Assembly (NCBI GenBank): GCA_041640655.1
Contig: JBEPZV010000028.1
Coordinates: 1-34,882 of the forward strand
Length of the DNA: 34,882 nt
Reading direction: 5' to 3'
Source: a bacterium
Lineage (GTDB): Bacteria > Acidobacteriota > Blastocatellia > HR10
Shown: positions 28,481 through 34,882 of the stretch, piece after piece
Layout: every line of letters starts with the position of its first letter
Numbering within the stretch: the stretch's first letter is position 1
Notes under the pieces: generated by a model
What the model was told of the DNA's origin: nothing
Databases searched by the model: none
What the model saw: only the letters and a program-made list of their open reading frames with translations
Program-made: the position numbers and the translations under genes

Positions 28481-28558
28481 AGCTTCACACGCCTGCTTCG
28501 CGGGCTTTATTCTGTCGCGAATCTGCGCGCACAAAGGTGCTGGACGGATACACGCGTC

Positions 28559-28588
28559 TTGACAGAGCCTCGAGCGGGTCCTTATGCT
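28559..28588 (+). promoter_or_regulatory. Putative sigma70-type promoter
   Basis: TTGACA (28559-28564), 18-nt spacer, TATGCT (28583-28588), 10 nt before ATG 28599. Confidence 0.6.
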
Positions 28589-28598
28589 TAGGACGGCG

Positions 28599-29018
28599 AT
28601 GCGGGCTCGGAGCAAGCGATGGCGATTCCGGGAAGAGGGGATTCATCCTCGAATCCTCGTGACTGTTTTTTTGTGTCTTCTGCTGGTGCCCGCATTCGCT
28701 GGGACTGCTCTTGAAGAGGAGAGTGGGCAAGTCTGGCTCCGATGTCCGTTTCGGACGATGTCCGGGGCCGCGCCTTCGCCATTTTCGGCAGATCCTTCAA
28801 AGCCGGCTCTCCGGAACGCTCAGCCCGAGAAGCATCTCCAGAGCAAGAGCATCTTCTCCCCCTCATGCGCTCAGCTCTCATGGCCGAAGCCATGCGCGAG
28901 CCGATTCGGTGAGGAAGCGGGCGCGAGCCTCTTGCTCCCATCGGACATTCATCGCCTGCCGATCAAACGCGCCCCTCCCATGTCGAAGGACATCTCGCCT
29001 CCGATAACGATTCGGTGA
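28599..29018 (+). CDS. Putative leader/arrest peptide with a signal-like segment and a RAPP motif
   Basis: ILVTVFLCLLLVPAFAG hydrophobic segment, a low-complexity spacer with three further Cys, and IKRAPP 12 residues before the stop. It lies directly after a good promoter. Confidence 0.6.
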   Translation: MRARSKRWRFREEGIHPRILVTVFLCLLLVPAFAGTALEEESGQVWLRCPFRTMSGAAPSPFSADPSKPALRNAQPEKHLQSKSIFSPSCAQLSWPKPCASRFGEEAGASLLLPSDIHRLPIKRAPPMSKDISPPITIR

Positions 29019-29073
29019 TCCTTCGGCATCTTCCTTCGCTCTCGGCGAAGGTCTACATCGGGGAGGGGGGCGT
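28967..29073 (+). promoter_or_regulatory. Putative SD-sequestering mRNA structure
   Basis: ACGCGCCCCTCCC (28967-28979) is a 12/13 complement of GGGAGGGGGGCGT (29061-29073). It encloses hairpins 28980-28990/29019-29029 and 29033-29039/29045-29051. Confidence 0.6.
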
Positions 29074-29269
29074 GAACGTGGAGTTGATCGTCGTCATACT
29101 TCTGGTCGCCGTCTTCTATGGCGGCATCGCCTTTTTGATCTGGAAGAACAGAAGACAGCGGGCGACTTCGGCGGAGCGCCCATCGGAACCGAGGGAGGCG
29201 GCGTCGCCGGAGGTCGTGGATGACATGCCGGTCTCCCGCCGTCGGAGGGGGAACAGAGCCGCTCGCTGA
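29072..29269 (+). CDS. Small single-pass membrane protein (about 65 aa)
   Basis: GGGAGG precedes GTG 29072 (alternative 29078). LIVVILLVAVFYGGIAFLIW is followed by basic KNRRQR, fitting the positive-inside rule. Confidence 0.7.
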   Translation: MNVELIVVILLVAVFYGGIAFLIWKNRRQRATSAERPSEPREAASPEVVDDMPVSRRRRGNRAAR

Positions 29270-29328
29270 ACGCGGCGGGCGCTGGGGCGAGTCCACCTGC
29301 GCCTTCCTGCGCGGAGAGGAGGACGACG

Positions 29329-30537
29329 ATGGCCGATTTCCATCAGACGGGAGTGGTCGCGACGTTGCACCGCTTGGTGCCGGGAGGATTGGAGCGATTG
29401 GAGCGCGAACTGGCGATGTATGCCGAGCAGCGACCGATCGCGCTCGTCTTGCCGGCCCTCTACAGTGAATTCGAGGGAGACGCGATGCCGCGCATCGTCG
29501 AGGAGTTGCGGCACGTCCCCTATGTGCGGCAGATCGTCGTCACCGTGAGCCGCGCGACGCCCGAGCAGTATGCGCATGCGCGCCAGATGATGGCCGGCTT
29601 GCCGCAAGAGGTGACCTTCATCTGGAACAACGGGCCGCGCCTACAGCGGCTGTACGAGAAGCTCCAGGCGAACGGCTTGCCCGTCGGCGAAGATGGCAAG
29701 GGGCGCTCCTGTTGGATGGCCTATGGCTATGTGCTCGCCAGCGGCAAGAGCGATGTCATCGCTTTGCACGATTGCGACATCCTCACGTACACGCGCGAGA
29801 TGTTGGCCCGCTTGTGCTATCCGGTCGTGAATCCCAACATTGATTTCGAGTTCTGCAAGGGCTATTACGCGCGCGTCACCGATCGGCTGCACGGGCGCGT
29901 GACGCGGTTGTTCATCACGCCGCTTGTTCGCTCGCTGCGCAAGATCTTCGGCCCTTTGCCGTTTCTCGAATTCCTGGACAGCTTTCGCTACCCCCTCGCC
30001 GGGGAGTTCGCGATGATGGCCGATTTGGCGCGCATCAATCGGATCCCCGGCGATTGGGGACTGGAGATCGGCGTCCTCGCCGAGATCTATCGCAATCGCG
30101 CCACCCGGCGCATCTGCCAGGTGGAATTGTGCGACACCTACGAACATAAGCACCAGGCGCTCTCTCCCAATGATCCGACGCGCGGATTGATGAAGATGGC
30201 CGTGGACATCGCGAAGACGCTCTTTCGCACGCTCTCGGCCGAAGGGGTGGTGTTCACGTCGGGAGTCTTTCGCACGCTGCGCTCCACCTACATCCGCGCG
30301 GCCGAGGACATGATCTCGCGCTATCACGCTGACGCGCTCATCAATGGGCTCTTCTTCGATCGGCATGAAGAGGAAGTGGCGGTGGAGGCGTTCGCGCGCG
30401 CGCTCTCGCTGGCGGCGGAGGCGTTCATGGAGGATCCGCTCGGTGTGCCGCTCATCCCCAATTGGAATCGCGTGACGGCGGCCTTGCCCGATTTCTTCGA
30501 TGAGCTGCTGCAGGTCGTTCGAGAGGATAATTCATGA
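29329..30537 (+). CDS. gpgS: Glucosyl-3-phosphoglycerate synthase (about 400-aa type)
   Basis: MADFHQTG, LPALYSE, GKGRSCW, HDCDI, FCKGYYARV, GRVTRL, FRYPLAGEF, DWGLEIG and YEHKHQ motifs, adjacent to the cognate phosphatase. Mannosyl specificity is not excluded. Confidence 0.85.
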   Translation: MADFHQTGVVATLHRLVPGGLERLERELAMYAEQRPIALVLPALYSEFEGDAMPRIVEELRHVPYVRQIVVTVSRATPEQYAHARQMMAGLPQEVTFIWNNGPRLQRLYEKLQANGLPVGEDGKGRSCWMAYGYVLASGKSDVIALHDCDILTYTREMLARLCYPVVNPNIDFEFCKGYYARVTDRLHGRVTRLFITPLVRSLRKIFGPLPFLEFLDSFRYPLAGEFAMMADLARINRIPGDWGLEIGVLAEIYRNRATRRICQVELCDTYEHKHQALSPNDPTRGLMKMAVDIAKTLFRTLSAEGVVFTSGVFRTLRSTYIRAAEDMISRYHADALINGLFFDRHEEEVAVEAFARALSLAAEAFMEDPLGVPLIPNWNRVTAALPDFFDELLQVVREDNS

Positions 30538-31382
30538 AGGCGAAGCTCGCGGGCCAACAGCTCGTCATCTACACGGATCTGGACGGGACGCTGCTCGATG
30601 CCGAGACCTATGCGTATGAAGCGGCGCGCCCGGCACTGGAGGCGCTTCGTCGCCATCGCGCACTTGTGATCCCCTGCTCCAGCAAGACGCGCGCGGAGAT
30701 GGAGCCGTTGCTCCGCGAGCTGGGGATTCACGCTCCATTCATCGTCGAGAACGGCGGAGCGATCTATCTCCCGCGCGAGGAATTCGCGGCGTTCGCGCCG
30801 GAAGCTGAACCATGTGGCACGTGGGCGCGCATCGCGCTCGGCGTCTCGCACGCGCGATTGCGCTCCTGCCTGGAGGAACTCAGGCGGCGCCTGGCTGTGC
30901 CCATTGTCGCCTGGAGCGAGCTGACGCCCGAGGAGATCGCCGCCGAATGCGGCTTGAGTCGTGAAGAGGCCGAGCGGGCGAAGCAGCGAGAATATGATGA
31001 GCCGTTTCGCGTGATGAGTGATGATCCGACGGTGTTCTCCCGCCTGGAGGCGATCGTCGCCGAGCACGGCCTTCGCCTCACGCGCGGTGGGCGATACGTT
31101 CATCTCATGGGACGGACCGATAAAGGGCGAGCTGTGCATGTGCTCACGGACATCTTGCGACGCCGATTCGGTCCGATCTTCACCGTCGGGATCGGCGATA
31201 GTGAGAACGATGTCCCCATGCTGCAGGAGGTAGCCCTTCCGATCCTCGTGCGCCGGCCTTCGGGAGAGCCCGATCCTGTCGCGCAGCGTCTCGTCCCTCA
31301 GGCGCACATCACCCGGGGGATCGGTCCGATCGGGTGGTGTGAGGCCATCTGGCACATTCTCGCGGAGGCGGAGCAGGGGTGA
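30534..31382 (+). CDS. gpgP: Glucosyl/mannosyl-3-phosphoglycerate phosphatase (HAD IIB)
   Basis: YTDLDGTLLD, CSSKTRAE, FIVENG, REYDEPF, GGRYVH, DKGRA and GDSENDVPML motifs. ATGA overlap with the synthase. Confidence 0.88.
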   Translation: MKAKLAGQQLVIYTDLDGTLLDAETYAYEAARPALEALRRHRALVIPCSSKTRAEMEPLLRELGIHAPFIVENGGAIYLPREEFAAFAPEAEPCGTWARIALGVSHARLRSCLEELRRRLAVPIVAWSELTPEEIAAECGLSREEAERAKQREYDEPFRVMSDDPTVFSRLEAIVAEHGLRLTRGGRYVHLMGRTDKGRAVHVLTDILRRRFGPIFTVGIGDSENDVPMLQEVALPILVRRPSGEPDPVAQRLVPQAHITRGIGPIGWCEAIWHILAEAEQG

Positions 31383-31385
31383 CCC

Positions 31386-33029
31386 TCAAGAGCGGGCGAG
31401 GAAGCGGCGGAATGCCGCCTGCGCCATCTCCAGTTCCCTCACGCGAAGGATTCGGCCGACGAGCAGAAAGGTGACCAGGCCCAATCCCACGGGCCCAAGC
31501 GCCGTGAGCGTGTGTCCGAGAAGACCGCGCGATCCCATGTGCGCCTCCAGCTCCCTGAAGCTCGCGTAGCAGATCGCGGACATCACGCCCGAGGCGAGCG
31601 CGATCTTGCCCAGCGAGTGAAGAAGGCGCCGCTCCTCCAGGTGACCGATCTTCCGGTGCATGAGCCCGAAGAGCGCGAGGAAGTTGAAGAGCGCCACGAG
31701 CGACGTCGAGAGCGCCAATCCGCGATGGCCAAATCCCAGTTGGCGCACAAGCAGATAGTTGAAAGCATAGTTGGTCGCGATCGAGAGGAGGCTGATGCGC
31801 ATCGGCGTGCGCGCGTCGTTCAGGGCATAGAACGCGGGCGCGAGCACTTTGATCGCCGCGTACCCGGCTAGTCCGATGGCGTAGAACGCCAGAGCTGCGG
31901 CCGTCTGCTCGGTATCGAAGCTCGTGAATCGGCCGCGTTCGTAGATGAGGCGGATGATCGGCTCGCCGAGGACGGCGAGCCCACAGGCCGACGGAATGCA
32001 CAGGAAGAAGACCAAGCCCACTGAGGCCGCGAGCGTTCGTCGAAATTCCGCGAGATCTCCGCGCGCCGCGGCGCGCGAGACTGCCGGCAGCGTCGCCATG
32101 CCGATGGCGACGCCGAAGACGCCGATGGGGAATTGCATGAGGCGAAACGCGTAGTTCAGCCAGGAGACCGGCCCATCTCCCAGATATGAGGCGAAGTTCG
32201 TGTTCACGAAGACGTTGATCTGAACGGCTGCCGCGCCGATGATGGCCGGCCCCATGAGCCGAACGATCTGCCGCACGCCCGGATCGCGGAAGCTCACAAT
32301 GGGCTCATAGCGAAAACCCACGCGATAGAGCGAGGGGACCTGAATCAAGAATTGCAATGCCCCGCCGATGAGTGTCCCGATGGCCCACCCCACGATAGCC
32401 CGCGGTCCGAAGCTGGGATCCATGACGTGAGCGAATCCGAGTCCGCCGAGGATCGAACCGATGTTGAAGAAGGTCGAGGCGGAGGCCGGGATGCCAAAGC
32501 GATCCCGGCTGTTGAGGATGCCCATAGCCACGGCGGCCATCGCCACGAGGATGATGAACGGGAACATGAGGCGCGTCATCTCGATGGTGAGCGCCATCTT
32601 CCCCGGGATCGCCTCGAATCCTCGCGCGATGAGCCCGACGATCTGCGGAGCGAACACGATGCCGAGCAGCGTCACGCCCGTGAGGACGAGCACCAGTCCG
32701 TTGAAGACGAGGTTCGCCAGGCGCCAAGCGGCGCGTTCGCCCCGCGTGACGATGAGCTGGGAGAAGGTGGAGACGAAGGCCGCGCTCAAGGCGCCCTCGG
32801 CGAAGAGGTCGCGCAGCAGGTTGGGGATGCGAAAGGCCGCGATGAAAGCATCCGAGTGCATGCCGACGCCGAAGACGGCGGCGAAGACCTGCTCGCGAAC
32901 GAGTCCCAACAGGCGGCTGCCCATGACGGCCAGGCTGACGACACCCGCCGAACGGGTGACGCGCCCGGCTGTCTCCTCCGCGATCGGCGGAGCGACCGGG
33001 GCAGAGGACTGTGGACCCGCCGTGTTCAT
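31386..33029 (-). CDS. murJ: Lipid II flippase MurJ (MviN)
   Basis: SRLLGLVRE, AFRIPNLLRDLFAEGALSAAFV, RLMQFPIGVFGVAI, ERGRF and AFYALNDARTP motifs. GGAGG precedes ATG 33029, with TACAAT at 33053-33058 on the minus strand. Confidence 0.96.
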   Translation of the reverse strand: MNTAGPQSSAPVAPPIAEETAGRVTRSAGVVSLAVMGSRLLGLVREQVFAAVFGVGMHSDAFIAAFRIPNLLRDLFAEGALSAAFVSTFSQLIVTRGERAAWRLANLVFNGLVLVLTGVTLLGIVFAPQIVGLIARGFEAIPGKMALTIEMTRLMFPFIILVAMAAVAMGILNSRDRFGIPASASTFFNIGSILGGLGFAHVMDPSFGPRAIVGWAIGTLIGGALQFLIQVPSLYRVGFRYEPIVSFRDPGVRQIVRLMGPAIIGAAAVQINVFVNTNFASYLGDGPVSWLNYAFRLMQFPIGVFGVAIGMATLPAVSRAAARGDLAEFRRTLAASVGLVFFLCIPSACGLAVLGEPIIRLIYERGRFTSFDTEQTAAALAFYAIGLAGYAAIKVLAPAFYALNDARTPMRISLLSIATNYAFNYLLVRQLGFGHRGLALSTSLVALFNFLALFGLMHRKIGHLEERRLLHSLGKIALASGVMSAICYASFRELEAHMGSRGLLGHTLTALGPVGLGLVTFLLVGRILRVRELEMAQAAFRRFLARS

Positions 33030-33201
33030 CGCCTCCACTCACGCGAGATGGGATTGTAGCCCAAAGCGCGCGCGCGACGCACGCCCCGAATCCGTGGCGA
33101 TTGCGGGTGGGATGCTCTGTCGGGGTTGCCAACGGGGGGCCGCTTTGGGGATCATTCTTCGCGCTCCCCTTGGGCGAACGTCGGGGAGCGCAGAGGAGGG
33201 G

Positions 33202-34882
33202 ATGATGAGGCGGACAAGAAGGTGCGCTTTGTGGATTCGCCGATACGTTCTCCTCATCGTCATCGCGGGCGCAGGCGTGTGCGCGCGCGCATGGGCGGAC
33301 GAGGGGATGTGGACATTCGACAATCCCCCGCTGGCGCAGCTCCGCGAGCGGTACGGGTTCACGCCGACTCAGGACTGGCTCGATCATATTCGACTCGCCA
33401 GCGTGCGCTTCAGCGATGGGGGGTCGGGAGCGTTCGTGAGCCCGAATGGACTTGTGCTCACCAACCATCACGTCGCGCTCATGCAGTTGCAGAAGATGTC
33501 CACCCCCGAGAAGGATTACGTGCGCGATGGCTTTTACGCCCGCACGCCGCGGGAGGAGTTGAAGTGTCCGGACTTGGCGCTTGACGTGCTCGTCCAGATG
33601 GAGGACGTGACGGCGCGGGTGAACGCCGTGGTTCGATCCGGCATGAGCGAGCGCGAGGCGTTCGAAGCTCAGCGGGCGGAGATCGCGCGCATCGAGCGGG
33701 AGAGCCGCGAGGCGACCGGCTTGCATTCGGAGGTGGTGGCGCTCTATCACGGAGCCGAATATTGGCTCTACCGCTACAAGCGCTATACCGATGTGCGTCT
33801 GGTCTTCGCGCCGGAGCAGCAGATCGCCTTCTTCGGTGGCGATCCCGACAATTTCACGTATCCCCGATACTGCCTGGATTTCGCGCTCTTTCGCGTGTAC
33901 GAGAATGGGAGGCCGATTCGCTCGGCGCACTACCTGAGGTGGAACTCGCGAGGGGCGAGCGAGGGAGAATTGGTCTTCGTCTCCGGTCATCCGGGGCGGA
34001 CGAGCCGCTGGCTGACCGTCGCGCAATTGGAGACGCTGCGGGACGTCGTCTATCCGCGGACGATCAAGACCCTGCAGCACCGACTGCGCGCGTTGCGGCA
34101 GTATGCGGCGCAGGGTCCAGAGCCGGCGCGGCAGGCCGCGGAGTTGATCTTCAGCTTGGAGAACGCGGTGAAGGCCTATGTGGGCGAATGGAATGGCCTT
34201 CGCGACCCGGCGCTCATGGCGAAGAAGCAGCGGGAGGAGGAGGCGTTGCGCGCGCGCCTCGCGAGCCGACCCGAGTGGCAAGCCGAATATGGGAGCGCGT
34301 GGGCGGAGATCGCCGCCGCCGAAGCGCGCTACCGCGAGCAGGCCGTACCACTGCTCTATCGGTCGGTGCGTCGCAGCTTCTCTGACCTGATCGAGCACGC
34401 CCTGACGCTCGTGCGCTACGCGACGGAAGTGAAGAAACCGGATGCCGAGCGTTTGGACGGGTTTCACGATGCGCAACTGGAGGCGGTCCGATTCCGCGTG
34501 CTCTCGCCCGCGCCGATCTATCCGGGACTGGAGGAGGTGCTGATCGCGGCCAGCTTGCAGGAGTCTCTTGAAGAGTTGGGGCCGAATGATCCGTTCATCG
34601 AGGCCGCTCTGGGGGGACGGTCGCCCGAGGTCGTGGCTCGCGAACTGGTGCGGGGGACGCGCCTCACCGATGTCGCCGTTCGGCAGGCTCTTCTGAACGG
34701 AGGGGAAGAAGCCATCGCGGCGTCTCCTGATCCGCTGATCCAATGGGCGCGGCGTGTGGACCCGATCCTCCGCCAGATGCAGCGCTGGTTCGAGGAGAAC
34801 GTCGCGAGCGTGCGTCAGGCGGCCGGGGCGAAGATCGGGCGGGCGCGATTCGCCGTCTTCGGCAAATCGGTCTATCCCGATG
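33202..34882 (+). CDS. S46 family dipeptidyl peptidase, 3' end outside the window
   Basis: Absent from the ORF track because it has no stop. Reads MMRRTRR...ARAWA-DEGMWTFDNPP...GGSGAFVSPNGLVLTNHHV...DVRLVFAP...FGGDPDNFTYPRY...GHPGRT...YPD. Confidence 0.93.
   Translation, partial: MMRRTRRCALWIRRYVLLIVIAGAGVCARAWADEGMWTFDNPPLAQLRERYGFTPTQDWLDHIRLASVRFSDGGSGAFVSPNGLVLTNHHVALMQLQKMSTPEKDYVRDGFYARTPREELKCPDLALDVLVQMEDVTARVNAVVRSGMSEREAFEAQRAEIARIERESREATGLHSEVVALYHGAEYWLYRYKRYTDVRLVFAPEQQIAFFGGDPDNFTYPRYCLDFALFRVYENGRPIRSAHYLRWNSRGASEGELVFVSGHPGRTSRWLTVAQLETLRDVVYPRTIKTLQHRLRALRQYAAQGPEPARQAAELIFSLENAVKAYVGEWNGLRDPALMAKKQREEEALRARLASRPEWQAEYGSAWAEIAAAEARYREQAVPLLYRSVRRSFSDLIEHALTLVRYATEVKKPDAERLDGFHDAQLEAVRFRVLSPAPIYPGLEEVLIAASLQESLEELGPNDPFIEAALGGRSPEVVARELVRGTRLTDVAVRQALLNGGEEAIAASPDPLIQWARRVDPILRQMQRWFEENVASVRQAAGAKIGRARFAVFGKSVYPD

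Noticed and set aside
32305..34743. 812-aa minus-strand ORF
   Set aside because: Antisense to the S46 peptidase and out of frame over murJ, with no recognisable domain.

Overview
GC-rich bacterial chromosome segment. Gene content (an Oar-like TonB-dependent receptor, an S46 peptidase, rpsF-rpsR-rplI without ssb) suggests an Acidobacteriota member, possibly Blastocatellia; this is inference. From left to right: the 5' end of a degenerate IS5-family transposase abutting an ABC-ATPase fragment; a large secreted metzincin protease with five tandem PPC-like repeats and a small partner gene; a run of envelope genes (GspG-like, membrane, TPR, CAP) leading into ispE-tRNA-Gln-prs-rplY-pth-rpsF-rpsR-rplI, with an S6:S18 leader RNA; a TonB-dependent receptor; a MocA-like nucleotidyltransferase fused to RNase HI; a TPR protein; a cluster of RfbC-like cupin, inactive M16 peptidase, Ni/Co permease, DPP-IV, glutaminyl cyclase and BtuF-like protein; a REP-like repeat array; a leader ORF containing RAPP, a small membrane protein, and the glucosylglycerate genes gpgS-gpgP; murJ; and a truncated S46 peptidase. 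The best candidate for an undescribed system is the RAPP leader at 28599-29018. Its RAPP codons are complementary to the ribosome-binding site and start codon of the next gene, which suggests a secM/mifM-style translation-arrest switch upstream of a compatible-solute operon. Several starts were moved from the ORF track to codons with Shine-Dalgarno (SD) support. All family calls come from motif recognition, not database searches.
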